Virus record (IMG/VR): IMGVR_UViG_3300044728_000202
Location: 1,515 to 65,514 of that record
Reading direction: 5' to 3' (one strand)
DNA from: a virus
Taxonomy: Duplodnaviria; Caudoviricetes
Length of the DNA stretch: 64,000 bases
In this document: piece after piece, positions 26,451-36,419 of the stretch
Numbering within the stretch: the stretch's first letter is position 1
Layout: each line of letters begins with the position of its first letter
Translations under genes and position numbers: made by a program
The notes under the pieces: generated by a model
The model's input: only the letters and a program-made list of their open reading frames with translations
Databases searched by the model: none
What the model was told of the DNA's origin: nothing

Positions 26451-27685
26451 TAGCGGGTGATCCCGATCTGCGCGACCTGCGCCGCCCGCATGATGTCCGG
26501 CGGCCACTGTTCCGGCGGGATGCCCGCCTGCGTCAGCGCCTGACCGACCTGCTGCGGGTTGACGCCTTGCTTGATGGCCTGCGACGCCTGCGCCAGATAT
26601 TGCTGCTTGTCGCTGTCCGGCACCTGGCTGGTGGCGTCGACCGGCGACGCCGCCTGCCCGCCGATCGGCTCGGCCGGCGCGGCGGCCGGCGCCTGCGACA
26701 CCTCGTCGAGCGGTGCCTGTACGCCAAGCTGTTCGTCGGTCGGCTGCTCCTCGTCGGCCGGAGCCGGCGCCGCCGCGTCGCTGGCCGGCGTGTCGAACTG
26801 CACCTGTTGGCCGGTATCCGGGTCGACCGCGACCTGCGGCTCGGCCGGCGCTGCGCCGCCCCTTCCGAAGCGGGCGTCGACGATCTGCTTGGCCATCGCC
26901 TCGCGCTGTTCCGGCGTCATGGCGCCGACCTCTTCGTCGAGCAGCGCGCTCTCTTCGATGCGCTTGCGCTCTTCCTGAACGGCGTTCTGGTACTGCGCCT
27001 GCGTCAGCGCGCCGGTGCCGACGCCGAGCTCAGCCTCGGCCGCCTTCTTGCGGACGTGGGTGCGGACTTCGAGATCCGCCTTGGACTCGGCCGCCTTGGT
27101 CGCCTCCTGCATTTCGAAGGCGGCCTGCGGGTTGGCGAGGTTTGAGAAGAAGCTCGCCAGATCGTCGACGGCGACGTTCTTGGTGTGCTCCTTGCCGTCC
27201 GGCGTGTTGAACGTCAGCCGGTAGCCCGTAACCTGGCCGGCTTCCTCGTCGTAGTATTCGGCCGCCGACAGCTTGCCGTCGATGCCGTAGCCCTTGGTGT
27301 TGGCGGCCGAGGTCATGTCGGCGATGCCGCCCTCGATGTCGCCGGACTGCAGCTTGCCGAGGCCGCTGGTGAACTTCTTGGCGGCGCGCTTGGTGGTCGA
27401 GCTCTCCGCCCAGTCCACCCACGCCTGCGCCTTGGCGGGGTCGCCCTCCTCGAGATATCGGTTGGCGATCAGCGGCACCATCTCGTTGGCGTAGCGCGAC
27501 ATGAAGTCGCCCGGCTCGGCGGTGCCGGCCGCTACGTCGGCGTCATATTGCGCCTTGCCCTCCTGGGTGATGCCCTCGACGTCGCTTTCCAGCTTGTGCT
27601 GCTTGCGAATGCCGCGGATCCGATCGCCCAGATCGATACCCTGCGAGAAGCCCTGCGCGAAGGCTCCCAGCGCGATGCCCAGCAT
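26450..27685 (-). CDS. putative internal virion (ejection) protein
   Basis: Helical Ala/Gln-rich protein between pilot protein and giant protein. Confidence 0.7.
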   Translation of the reverse strand: MLGIALGAFAQGFSQGIDLGDRIRGIRKQHKLESDVEGITQEGKAQYDADVAAGTAEPGDFMSRYANEMVPLIANRYLEEGDPAKAQAWVDWAESSTTKRAAKKFTSGLGKLQSGDIEGGIADMTSAANTKGYGIDGKLSAAEYYDEEAGQVTGYRLTFNTPDGKEHTKNVAVDDLASFFSNLANPQAAFEMQEATKAAESKADLEVRTHVRKKAAEAELGVGTGALTQAQYQNAVQEERKRIEESALLDEEVGAMTPEQREAMAKQIVDARFGRGGAAPAEPQVAVDPDTGQQVQFDTPASDAAAPAPADEEQPTDEQLGVQAPLDEVSQAPAAAPAEPIGGQAASPVDATSQVPDSDKQQYLAQASQAIKQGVNPQQVGQALTQAGIPPEQWPPDIMRAAQVAQIGITR

Positions 27686-27686
27686 G

Positions 27687-28940
27687 TCATGCCCTCCTGA
27701 TGCCGTATGCTTGCGCCGACACGCCCGGCTTGGCGGTCGTCATCTTGACGGCGCGCGCCTTGGCCGGTGACTGCGAGGCGCGGCGTGGAGCCGGCTGCGG
27801 CTTCTTGGCCTTGGCCTTCGACGGCCCCTTCTTGCCGCCGAGCGAACGGTCGATCTTCGACACTTTGTGGTCAAGATCCTGCACCGCCTTCATGGTGATG
27901 CCGATGGCGTCCTGCAGGTCGATCGTCCCGGTGTCCGGCTGGCCGGTCGCCTTGGCGTAGTGATCGGACATCGTGCCGATGTGCTCCTTGGCGCCGCCGT
28001 CGGCACCGGGCCGGTTGTCCTTGTATCGGTAGGTCGAGACCGGCATTTCCTTGACCGCCTTGAGGCCGTCGCCCTTCTTGACCTTCTTGATGCCGGTCTT
28101 CGCCTTGCGGCTCGACAGGCCGATCGCCGCGCCGCCGATGGTGCCGATGGCGCTCCAGATGCCGGAAGAGTTGGCTGCCTTGGCCTCCTGCTCCTTGCCC
28201 CACGCATCGAGTTGCAGACCGTACTGGTTGAGCAATGTCGACGCCTGGCCGGCGTAGCCCTGTTGGGCGCCGCCGAACCCCTGATGCACGCCCTGCGCGT
28301 TGGAGTTGGAGATCTGTTGGTTGGACTGGTTCATGCCGACGGCCGACGAGCCGGCAGCCAGCGCCGCGCCGGTGCCGGCGGCGGCCTGCGCCGGCAGGCC
28401 GGCGTACATGTTGGCGACGTCGGCCTTCAGCGCGAGGCCCTTGTCGCGCATGGCTGTTCTGGCTGCGTTCCCGGCGCCTGCCGTCGCGGCGGCCGTGCCG
28501 AGCTCGCCAGCCCGCTTGATGCCGGCGTAGCGGCCCGATCCGGGCTTGATGCCCATCGCCGAGCTCTCGCGATCGGCTTGAGCTCGGGCGGCCGCGGCTT
28601 CGGTCTGAACGCCGGTGCGCGCCTCGGCGGCGGCCTGCGCCTGCCGCTCGGGCGACGAATAGGACAGCGCCTCCTTGGCGAAGGCGTCCTGCGCGCCCCA
28701 GCCCTCTTTCTCGTAGCGGGCGCGGTCCTTCTTGGCGTTGGCCAAGCTCATGTCGCCGATGCCGAGTTGCTGCTCGGTGACGCGCTTGGTCAGCTTGTCG
28801 AGCTCGACCTGCCGGGCGGTCGAGGTCTTGAATGAATCTTTGGCAAAGCCAAGCCACTGCTCGCCGAGAGCCGCCTGCTTAAGGGCTGCCGCGCCGATCT
28901 GTGGGTCTGGGGAGGGTGCGCTGCCGCCGCCTTTGCCCAT
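27687..28940 (-). CDS. DNA-transfer/pilot protein with C-terminal Peptidase_S74-like chaperone segment
   Basis: MGKGGGSAPSPDPQIG, Gly/Ala-rich body, LSSRKAKTGIKKV...MPVSTYRYK...HIGTMSD. Confidence 0.7.
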   Translation of the reverse strand: MGKGGGSAPSPDPQIGAAALKQAALGEQWLGFAKDSFKTSTARQVELDKLTKRVTEQQLGIGDMSLANAKKDRARYEKEGWGAQDAFAKEALSYSSPERQAQAAAEARTGVQTEAAAARAQADRESSAMGIKPGSGRYAGIKRAGELGTAAATAGAGNAARTAMRDKGLALKADVANMYAGLPAQAAAGTGAALAAGSSAVGMNQSNQQISNSNAQGVHQGFGGAQQGYAGQASTLLNQYGLQLDAWGKEQEAKAANSSGIWSAIGTIGGAAIGLSSRKAKTGIKKVKKGDGLKAVKEMPVSTYRYKDNRPGADGGAKEHIGTMSDHYAKATGQPDTGTIDLQDAIGITMKAVQDLDHKVSKIDRSLGGKKGPSKAKAKKPQPAPRRASQSPAKARAVKMTTAKPGVSAQAYGIRRA

Positions 28941-28961
28941 CGCAGGACTCCTTGCGAGCCC

Positions 28962-28974
28962 GCACTTCCTGCGC
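28962..28974 (-). promoter_or_regulatory. conserved late-leader box (CsrA-type hairpin), copy 1
   Basis: Minus strand GCGCAGGAAGTGC; preceded by TTGCCG-16-TATAAC (29017-28990). Confidence 0.65.
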
Positions 28975-28990
28975 CGGGTGGTTCAGGCCG

Positions 28991-29443
28991 TTATACAGCC
29001 ATCGACCGCATCGGCAAAGTGATCCACCTGCAGTCCTCGTTCAGCATGCCGTAGAGCAGCAAATCCTCGCCGTCGCGGCCGGCTTTGCGGAGCACGCCTT
29101 CCAGCTTCCAGCAACCGAAATGCTTGACGAAGCGCAGCGACGCCTTGTTGTTCTTCGACACCAGGCAGGAGATCCGCGGGAACCCCAGCTGCAGGAACGG
29201 GTAGGCCATCGCCCGGATGATGAACTCGCGGGTCAACCAAGGGGTGCCTGGCGTGCCGATCACCGTCATCAGGCAGTCGTTGTCGGAGAAGGTGTCGAAC
29301 ACGACGACACCGCGGATCTCGCCGTTGACCTCCTTGGCGATGACCTTGGCGTCCGGTCGAAGGCGGTGGCCCTGCCCGAGCATCGCCTTGGCCCAGTTGG
29401 TCAGCCGCTCGGTCTCCTCGTCGTCGTAGACGTACTCGATCAC
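28991..29443 (-). CDS. GNAT-fold phage tail-region protein (DUF2824-like)
   Basis: YPFLQLGFPRISCLVSKNNKASLRFVKHFG.WKLEGVLRKA. Confidence 0.8.
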   Translation of the reverse strand: MIEYVYDDEETERLTNWAKAMLGQGHRLRPDAKVIAKEVNGEIRGVVVFDTFSDNDCLMTVIGTPGTPWLTREFIIRAMAYPFLQLGFPRISCLVSKNNKASLRFVKHFGCWKLEGVLRKAGRDGEDLLLYGMLNEDCRWITLPMRSMAV

Positions 29444-29835
29444 TTGTCGCCGGTCAGCCGCTTGCGCAGCGCCTCCGACGCCACGAACAGCATCAGGTGG
29501 ACGCGATTGACCTCGGCGATCAGCTTCAAATGCCGGTCCAGCATGCCGTTGTAATTGGCGATGAACGAATTGAATTCTGCCTCGGTCGGCGGCTCGCCGC
29601 CGGTGATCGGCACCATCTTGACGACCGCCAGCCCGAGCTTCTCGGTCGGGATGTGCTGTGGCATCTGCAGGATGCCGATCAGATCTTCGACGCGGACGGC
29701 GGCTTGGCGGCGGTGCGCGACGCGGCGGCCGGCGAGGATGTTCAGCGTTTCCTGGTCGAGCCGCTGCTGCTCGGTGAAGGCGTTGCGGTTGTCCTTCTGC
29801 CGATCGAGCTCCGGCCGATTGGTATGCGAGTCCAT
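29440..29835 (-). CDS. hypothetical virion protein
   Basis: ATG 29835 overlapping upstream TGA; real-looking C-terminal part of ORF 29440..30762. Confidence 0.7.
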   Translation of the reverse strand: MDSHTNRPELDRQKDNRNAFTEQQRLDQETLNILAGRRVAHRRQAAVRVEDLIGILQMPQHIPTEKLGLAVVKMVPITGGEPPTEAEFNSFIANYNGMLDRHLKLIAEVNRVHLMLFVASEALRKRLTGDK

Positions 29836-31718
29836 CAGGGTTGCCGCTTGAGATCGTCCATCGTCTTGGCCAGGGTGAACCGGAAGATGCGACCGTTCGT
29901 GTGAACGTCGATCTCCCATGTGCGCGCCTTGAAGCCGGATGGCAAGCGCACCGGCTTGTTGACCTCGGTGATGAAGATCGGCAGCAGCTTCTTGTCGGCG
30001 TAGATGCCGACCGAGACGGTGGTCTGGCCGGCGGTCGCCGTCGAATCGCCGTTGGCGCCGGTGACGACGGCGCCGCGGGGCAGCCGCAACAGCCAGTCGC
30101 CGCTCATCGGAACGCAGTCCTCGCCACCCATCTTCTCGCCGACGACGATCAGGTTTTCGTCGAAGGTGCCGTTGAGGTCGCCGCCGATGCTCATCAGCTG
30201 GCCGTTGGGGTAGCGCGTCTTCATCGCGATGTTGTTGGCGTCGATGGTCGCTGCGATCTGGTTGGCGACGATATCCGGGCTGGTGGTCTCGGGGTTGACG
30301 ATGCCGTCGATCAGGAAGGCGCCGTAGCTCTCGGGGTAGGGCAGCACGAACTCTTTCGACTTCCAGTAGAGATATTTCGACAGAGCTCCCGGGGCGTCCA
30401 ATTGGCGGATTTCGGCCTTGCCGGTCGGCACGTAGAACAGCGCCGATTCGACCACATCGTAGAGCGCGGCCTGGGCGGTGGTTCCGGCGCGCAACAAGAA
30501 TGATTGCCCACTGAGGTCGATCAGCAGCGCGCCGCGATCGAGCGAGCCGTCCGGCCGCGGCGTGTCGTAGAAGGCGCAATAGCGGCCGTTGTACTGCGCG
30601 CCGATCATGGTCTCGGGCGTCATCGCCGCCCAGTCGTGGCGCGAGAAGATGTTGGAGGTGGCGACGCCGACAGATCCGTCGGCGCGGGCCACGACGACGC
30701 CTTCGTTCGAAGCGTAGGCGACGGCATAGCCGAGGTCGACCAGCGTGCGCTTGCCGATGCACGGCAGGTTCTGCTCGAGCTTTTGCGACGCCATGCTGTC
30801 CGGCTGCGTTCCGGCCACGACGTAGGGCTGGCCCTTGGTGGCGACCAGCAAGGTCATGCCCATCGCGCCGAGCGCGACGATCTCGTAGTCGACGGTGATG
30901 ATGTATTTCTCGGGCCAGGCGTGCGGCTTGTAGGGCTCGGAGAAGTACAGCTTCTTGCCGTCGAACGCCGCCATCATGCCATTTGGTAGCGCTGTCAGGC
31001 CGAGCAGCGTGTCGGGCGGGGCGTTATAGGCGATCGAAGGACACGGCTCGGCGGTGGCGTCGACGGCGATGCTGTCGACATAATCCGCAGCGGTGACGCC
31101 GCGCTGGGCGATCAGGTAGAAGTAGGTGCCCGCCGCGCCCGTCTGAAGCCGATAGATGCGCTGGTAGACGACACCGCGCGCCGGCCCGGTCGGCAGCGTG
31201 AAGCCGCTCAGCGTGACGGTATTGCCGGGCTGCCAGTCGATCAGGTTGGAGACCGGCGACGGCTCGCTTTCCTCTTGGATGCCATTCACCACCGGGATCT
31301 CGGTGACGTAGGTGTAGATGTACTGGCGGCTCTGGATATCGCCGCTGCCGGTGCCGCCCTTGGCCGCAGTGAGCTTGGTCAGCGGCCGCGGCACCGCGAG
31401 GTTGTAGACCGACGTGCCGGTCCGCATCTTCGGAACGCCGTCGCCGGTGTAGTAGATCCGGTCCTCGTCGACCGGCGCCGGAACGCAGTCGACGTCGTTG
31501 GCCCAGCCGATCCATGTGTCGAGATATTTGTAGATGGTCTTCCAGTTGGTCGCTGCGGCCGGCGAGCGGAACACCGATTCGCGGAAAGGCGTCAGGCCGC
31601 CATCGTCGAGGCGGACGTCGAAGGCCGACTGCGCCGCGGTCTCGGGCATCAGCCGCGGGATGATGTGCGGCTGCTCGCCCTGAAATCCGGTGATGACGAT
31701 GACCGGCGCCGAGGGCAT
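29835..31718 (-). CDS. tail nozzle / stabilisation protein (beta-propeller)
   Basis: GFQGEQPHIIPRLMP, LYFSEPYKPHAWP, EQNLPCIGKRT; TAATG overlap start. Confidence 0.75.
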   Translation of the reverse strand: MPSAPVIVITGFQGEQPHIIPRLMPETAAQSAFDVRLDDGGLTPFRESVFRSPAAATNWKTIYKYLDTWIGWANDVDCVPAPVDEDRIYYTGDGVPKMRTGTSVYNLAVPRPLTKLTAAKGGTGSGDIQSRQYIYTYVTEIPVVNGIQEESEPSPVSNLIDWQPGNTVTLSGFTLPTGPARGVVYQRIYRLQTGAAGTYFYLIAQRGVTAADYVDSIAVDATAEPCPSIAYNAPPDTLLGLTALPNGMMAAFDGKKLYFSEPYKPHAWPEKYIITVDYEIVALGAMGMTLLVATKGQPYVVAGTQPDSMASQKLEQNLPCIGKRTLVDLGYAVAYASNEGVVVARADGSVGVATSNIFSRHDWAAMTPETMIGAQYNGRYCAFYDTPRPDGSLDRGALLIDLSGQSFLLRAGTTAQAALYDVVESALFYVPTGKAEIRQLDAPGALSKYLYWKSKEFVLPYPESYGAFLIDGIVNPETTSPDIVANQIAATIDANNIAMKTRYPNGQLMSIGGDLNGTFDENLIVVGEKMGGEDCVPMSGDWLLRLPRGAVVTGANGDSTATAGQTTVSVGIYADKKLLPIFITEVNKPVRLPSGFKARTWEIDVHTNGRIFRFTLAKTMDDLKRQP

Positions 31719-32947
31719 TAGATGTACCTGATCATCTTGTTGAGGATGATGGTCGGCTGGACGTTGTTGTGCGGCTTGTCGGAGCCGACCGAGGCGGTGT
31801 CGCCGACCAGCGAGTGGACGTGCTCGCCGGCGCCGCTGACGGCCAGTGTGTTGAGCTTGTTGCCGTTGCCCCACTCGTAGCCGGGCGCCTGCGCGCCAGT
31901 CAGGGTCGAGTAATTGTGGGTGTGGTCGCCCTCGCCGGTCTTGGTCCTGGCCGTCGCCGTGGCGAGGTTGTGGACGTGCGCCGAGATCTGCGAATCGAGC
32001 AGCGTGTGCGTCTCGAAGCCGCCGACCGCGCCGAGCGTGTCGCCGTTGATGCCGCCGACGGTGCTGGCGGTCGGATTGGTCAGGCGGTTGGCCGAGCCGC
32101 CAGCGCCCATGTTGTCCTTGCCAGCGACGACACGGCCGCGCAGGTCAGGGAGCCGGTATTGCGTGGCCGGCAGCGCGGCCTCGGTGTAGGTCCGCCCGAT
32201 CACCGCGTAGAGCGCGTAATAGGTGCTTCCGGCGGCGCCGTAGGTCAGCGCGCGACCGTCGCATAGCAACCACCCCGATGGCAGCTTGGTGTCTGGGCCG
32301 GCGAAGTCGAAGACGGTGCCGATCGGAATGTCTTCCGGCGCGACGTTCCAGACGCGGGTCCACGCGCCCCAGACGCTGTTGACCTTCTGCCGGCGCCAGC
32401 GCTCGTCGCTGTTGTAGCGTTGCCATTCCTGCAGCTGGACTGCCGCCGAGGCGACGTCGCACTTTAGCCAGGCGTAGTAGTCGACCGGCGTGTTGGTGAC
32501 GCCGGTCGGCAGCCAATAGGTGCCGGATTCGGTGACCAGATTGGCGTCGCCATCGGTGCCGAGGCTCATCTCGGTGGCGCGCAGGCGCGGCGGCAGGCGT
32601 GGGTCAGGGACGATGCCCTTGGTCAGCGAGCCGGCGTCCGACGTCGCTTCGAGCAGAGCTCCGGCGGTGAGACGGACCTCGACCCGGGAATTCAGCGGGA
32701 AGCCGCGCTTGGCGGTGCCCTCCTGACCGCGCACCACCGTCAGCGTGACGCCGGTGCGCGACGTGCAGCGCATGATCTCGCGGTTACCGACATTGTCGGT
32801 GATGGTGACCGGGAACCACTGGTCGGTGGCGACCGCAGCGACGGGGAACCGCGACTCATCGCCCGACGTGATCTTGATCGTCGTGATCGTTGTGTCGATC
32901 GGCTGGGCGAGCAGCGAAATTGCGTTGTTGGTCAGCTGCATTGACAT
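31718..32947 (-). CDS. tail fibre protein with collar domain
   Basis: PIGTVFDFAG...GWLLCDG...LPDLRGRV; HxH motifs; ends HNNVQPTIILNKMIRY. Confidence 0.85.
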   Translation of the reverse strand: MSMQLTNNAISLLAQPIDTTITTIKITSGDESRFPVAAVATDQWFPVTITDNVGNREIMRCTSRTGVTLTVVRGQEGTAKRGFPLNSRVEVRLTAGALLEATSDAGSLTKGIVPDPRLPPRLRATEMSLGTDGDANLVTESGTYWLPTGVTNTPVDYYAWLKCDVASAAVQLQEWQRYNSDERWRRQKVNSVWGAWTRVWNVAPEDIPIGTVFDFAGPDTKLPSGWLLCDGRALTYGAAGSTYYALYAVIGRTYTEAALPATQYRLPDLRGRVVAGKDNMGAGGSANRLTNPTASTVGGINGDTLGAVGGFETHTLLDSQISAHVHNLATATARTKTGEGDHTHNYSTLTGAQAPGYEWGNGNKLNTLAVSGAGEHVHSLVGDTASVGSDKPHNNVQPTIILNKMIRYI

Positions 32948-32970
32948 GGCGGAACCCGTCCTGGGGCGCC

Positions 32971-32983
32971 GCACGTCCTGCGC
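32971..32983 (-). promoter_or_regulatory. conserved late-leader box (CsrA-type hairpin), copy 2
   Basis: Minus strand GCGCAGGACGTGC; second CAGGACG hairpin at 32955-32965 overlaps the RBS. Confidence 0.65.
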
Positions 32984-33023
32984 TGGCTATATCTCGACTA
33001 TAGCAGCCTGCGCCGCCGCCTTG

Positions 33024-33386
33024 CTATCCCGCCAGCTTGACGGGCGGCGGGGCAGTGTTCGAAGGGACCGGCAGCGCGTTGGCAAGGGCGTTGGCGCGCG
33101 CATCCCAGATCGCCGCGATGGCTTTCTCGATGTCGGCGTCCTTCGGCGCTTCCGCACCGCCGTCCTGCAGCGCCTTGCCGACCACCGCGTCGGTGGCGAC
33201 GTGCTGGGCGAGCAGGATGGCGTTCTCGTCGCCGCACAGCACGCGGTTGGCGTAAGCCGCCCGGTTGGTGCGGTTGGGCTGACCCGCCCCTTCAGCAGCG
33301 ACGGACTGCGCGACCTTGAGGGCGGCGAAGCTGACCCGCATGTAGAACGAGGGATCGCTCGCCGCAGTTACGATAGCCAGGCTCAT
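33024..33386 (-). CDS. hypothetical protein
   Basis: ATG 33386 overlapping upstream TGA. Confidence 0.7.
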   Translation of the reverse strand: MSLAIVTAASDPSFYMRVSFAALKVAQSVAAEGAGQPNRTNRAAYANRVLCGDENAILLAQHVATDAVVGKALQDGGAEAPKDADIEKAIAAIWDARANALANALPVPSNTAPPPVKLAG

Positions 33387-33700
33387 CACAGACCTCCCGC
33401 CTTGAGCGCGTCTTTGATCGTGACGCTCTTGTACAACTGATTGCCCTCCGGCGCCTCGCCGATGTTCTTGGCGATCAACGGCGTCGACGCCTTCAACTCG
33501 ATCACCCATTTGTCTTCGTCCGGGTGCCAGACCGCGGTCATGCGCTTGGCGTCCGGCAGGAAAGGCGGCACTTCAAGCGTCGAATGGGCCGGGATCAGGT
33601 ATCGCCCCGGCTCCATCGGGTCAGGATCAGCCGACGACGTGGTGTTGGTGTAGGCGAAGGTGTCAGGGTCGTAATTGTAAGCCACAAGCGGCATTGGCAT
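33386..33700 (-). CDS. tail fibre assembly chaperone (Tfa-like)
   Basis: YNYDPDTFAY...ADPDPMEPGRYLIPAHSTLEVPP directly after tail fibre. Confidence 0.8.
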   Translation of the reverse strand: MPMPLVAYNYDPDTFAYTNTTSSADPDPMEPGRYLIPAHSTLEVPPFLPDAKRMTAVWHPDEDKWVIELKASTPLIAKNIGEAPEGNQLYKSVTIKDALKAGGL

Positions 33701-33710
33701 GGCGGTCTCC

Positions 33711-35528
33711 TCAATAGCTGATGCACGCCAGCAAGGCGTAGTTCATGGGGCGCGTCTCGTTGGGGGCGACCGGCGCCGTGCTGGCGGCGACTGTAACAGC
33801 AACCGTGTGACTATGTGTAGCCGACATCGCGCCGGTGCTGCCAGTGATAGCGTGCGTATGTGCAGCCGAACGGCCGCCGGACGACGAGGCGTTGTCAGCG
33901 AAGGTGTGGGTGTGGCCGACCGAGTTGCCGCCGGTGGTGCCGGCAACGGCGACGGTGTGCGTGTGCGCAGCGCCGGTCGAGTTTGTCGCCGTGGTGGTGC
34001 CCAGCGTCAAGGTGCCGTTGGTCCACGAATACTGCAACGTGCCGCCACTGGTGTAGATGAGATATCCGGTGCCAGACGCCGGGGCGTGAGCATGGTTGGC
34101 GCTGGCGTTGCCGGTCGCCGAGGCATTGTCGGCGAAGGCGTGCGTATGGTTGGCGCTGACGCCGGCCGTGGTGCCCGAGACCGCGGTCGTATGGGTGTGG
34201 TCGGCGCTTTCAGTGCCGGTCACCAGCGTGCCGACAGGGTGCGTGTGGTCGGCGCTGGCGTTGCCCGAGGAGCCGGTGGCGGTGTGGGTGTGCGATTCGA
34301 CGCCGTGGTCCTGGAACGAGCCAAAAGCCCGGCTGGTGTCCAAGCCGCGGGCGTCGTCCCAGCCGCGGATGAAAGTGCCGCGCAGGTCGGGCAAGGCGAA
34401 GGTCGTCGAGCCGTCGCCAGCGCCCCATGTCGTGCCGATCGACGCGAACAGGTTGGCGTAGGTGACGCGGCTGACCAGCGCGCCGTTGGCCTTGAGCCAG
34501 CCCAGAGGTGGCGTGCTGCGGGCGAAGTACGCCACCTGACCGGCGGCGTTCTCACTCATCCAGGGGCTCCAGACGCCGCTGTAACGCCCGCGTTTCCATG
34601 TGCCTAAAGCAGGAGTTCCGGTCGCCGAGTAGGGGTATGCGTACTGGGTGATTTGAGCGCCGCCGTAGACGAGGTTCTGCACGTAGAACCAGTACCCCGG
34701 CACGGGGGCGTTGAGGGCTGTCGAGCCGATCAGCAGCCCGTGCCAGCCCGGCGCCACGACGTTGTTGAAATCGGTGGTGTCGGTGGTGGGCGCTACCGGC
34801 AAACCCGGCGCCGACACCGGCACGGGAACGTTGTTGAAATCGATGACGACGCGCAGCGCCGTCAGGTCGCCGCCGCCAAGCTTGATCGCCACCGGGATGG
34901 TGAACCAGCCGCTGTTGTTGACGGTCGGCCCGGTGGTCCTGAACTGCTTGTACTTGGAGGTCGGAGCGGCCTTGTCCTGAAGCAGGATCAGCGAGCCGGT
35001 TTCGAGCGCCGCCAACTGGACGCCGAGGTTGGCGTTGCCCGCGTTGGTAGCGGATATGAACAGCTGGGTGGTGCTGTTCTGAGTGGCGTTGTTGAACCGC
35101 ACCTCGGCGGCCGCCGGCGGGCCTGCGGTGCCAGCGTTCCACGTCCACTCACCGCCAACGCCGCCGCCGGTCGCCTCGACCCAGGCATTGTTGTTGCGGC
35201 CGAACGTGGCTCCCGTGGCCGGTGCGTCGACCATGATCAGCGCTGCGGTCAGCCGGAGCTCGGCGGGAGAACTGACCGGGAAAGCCTTCGCCGTGGTGCC
35301 TTCGCGAGCTCGCGTCACCGTCAGCGAGTTGCCGCTGCGGGCGGTGCAGTACACGATCTCGTAGAGCGTGCTGGTGTTCGGATCGACGATGGTGAGAGGG
35401 AAGAAATCGCCGGCTGTCGGCGACGGGAACTTGGCCGCGTCGACCGTCTGAATGGTGATCGTCGTCGCCGCAGCCGTGATCGCGGCGCCGAGCGTCGACG
35501 AGGCGTTGTTGGCGAAGATGACGGCCAT
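33711..35528 (-). CDS. tail fibre protein with collar domain and HxH needle repeats
   Basis: AGQVAYFARSTPPLGWLKANG...LPDLRGTFIRGWD; about eight HxH motifs; ETRPMNYALLACISY. Confidence 0.88.
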   Translation of the reverse strand: MAVIFANNASSTLGAAITAAATTITIQTVDAAKFPSPTAGDFFPLTIVDPNTSTLYEIVYCTARSGNSLTVTRAREGTTAKAFPVSSPAELRLTAALIMVDAPATGATFGRNNNAWVEATGGGVGGEWTWNAGTAGPPAAAEVRFNNATQNSTTQLFISATNAGNANLGVQLAALETGSLILLQDKAAPTSKYKQFRTTGPTVNNSGWFTIPVAIKLGGGDLTALRVVIDFNNVPVPVSAPGLPVAPTTDTTDFNNVVAPGWHGLLIGSTALNAPVPGYWFYVQNLVYGGAQITQYAYPYSATGTPALGTWKRGRYSGVWSPWMSENAAGQVAYFARSTPPLGWLKANGALVSRVTYANLFASIGTTWGAGDGSTTFALPDLRGTFIRGWDDARGLDTSRAFGSFQDHGVESHTHTATGSSGNASADHTHPVGTLVTGTESADHTHTTAVSGTTAGVSANHTHAFADNASATGNASANHAHAPASGTGYLIYTSGGTLQYSWTNGTLTLGTTTATNSTGAAHTHTVAVAGTTGGNSVGHTHTFADNASSSGGRSAAHTHAITGSTGAMSATHSHTVAVTVAASTAPVAPNETRPMNYALLACISY

Positions 35529-35531
35529 CGG

Positions 35532-35828
35532 CTACTCGTCCTTGATCTGCAGGACGAAACGGGCCTCCTTGATGCGGCCAGCCATCGTCGTGGCGAACAC
35601 CGCAATCTCGCTGACATCGCCGTTGACGCCGCCGAATACCCAGACGCGGACGACCTGCGAGGTGACCTCGATGACGTCGATGGAGAAGCTGACGTCGGGG
35701 GATGTCACCGACGCCGTGGCGCTGGAAATGACGTCGTCGTCGGTCAGCCACTTGCCATAGTCGATGTCGTAATCGAGCCGATCGGCCGAGGTCTTTTCGA
35801 GGTTCGCGAGGGCGGCGGCGGTTGTCAC
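35532..35828 (-). CDS. fibre-tail adaptor-like protein
   Basis: KTSADRLDYDIDYGKWL..DDVISSATA. Confidence 0.6.
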   Translation of the reverse strand: MTTAAALANLEKTSADRLDYDIDYGKWLTDDDVISSATASVTSPDVSFSIDVIEVTSQVVRVWVFGGVNGDVSEIAVFATTMAGRIKEARFVLQIKDE

Positions 35829-36418
35829 TTCAGCACGTCATCTTTCTGCCGGGCGAGCGTGGGCACGGCGGCCGGCACGTTGACCTTGCGGTATTCGGCT
35901 TGCAGAGCCAGGCGGCGACCCATGCCGAACGGCACGTTGATGCGCCTGACCATCTTCCAGCGGCTGATGAAGGTGCGTTCGAACAGGCCGTTGAGCTCGA
36001 CGCCGAGGCCCATCGTCCCGGCGAACGAGGCGAAGGTATTGACCCGGCCGAGCATGAAGATCGTGGATTCGGAGAGACCGCCGAGCGTGAAAGCCTGCGT
36101 CGCCTCTGCGTGAGTATCGACGACGGTCTCGCTGTGGCCGCCCAGCGTGTGGCCATAGGTGAGCGCGGAGTGGGCCGGCAGCTGGACGGTAGACTTGCCG
36201 CCCATCGAGTGGATGTAGTCGAGCTTGGTGATCCTGACCGGCAAGGTGACGGGAGCTCGCAGGAACCCCATGTCGCGGACCTGCGTGGCCTTGACGGACG
36301 CGCCGAGGGAAACGGCAGCCGTGCCGGAGATATCGGTCGAAAACCGTTCACCGCCAGCGACTGGATAGTAGTTGACCTCACGGTCATTGATCGCCCCTCT
36401 GAGCGGCGCCAGCGCCAC
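35825..36418 (-). CDS. hypothetical tail-region protein
   Basis: Coupled ORF in structural operon. Confidence 0.65.
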   Translation of the reverse strand: MALAPLRGAINDREVNYYPVAGGERFSTDISGTAAVSLGASVKATQVRDMGFLRAPVTLPVRITKLDYIHSMGGKSTVQLPAHSALTYGHTLGGHSETVVDTHAEATQAFTLGGLSESTIFMLGRVNTFASFAGTMGLGVELNGLFERTFISRWKMVRRINVPFGMGRRLALQAEYRKVNVPAAVPTLARQKDDVLK

Positions 36419-36419
36419 T

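Noticed and set aside
26451-26507. N-terminal extension of the giant ORF
   Set aside because: Overlaps the upstream gene and reads as off-frame; GTG 26450 overlapping TAG is the better start
14733-30762. Long antisense or off-frame ORFs such as 14733..16835, 19908..21917, 18256..19794 and 27871..28857
   Set aside because: Arg/Gly/Ala-rich shadow frames expected from high GC3 coding; no RBS, motif or codon-shift support, unlike the two nested ORFs kept
31718-35528. Diversity-generating retroelement or invertible tail-fibre switch
   Set aside because: No reverse transcriptase, template/variable repeat pair or invertase; similarity between fibres is shared anchor and collar domains
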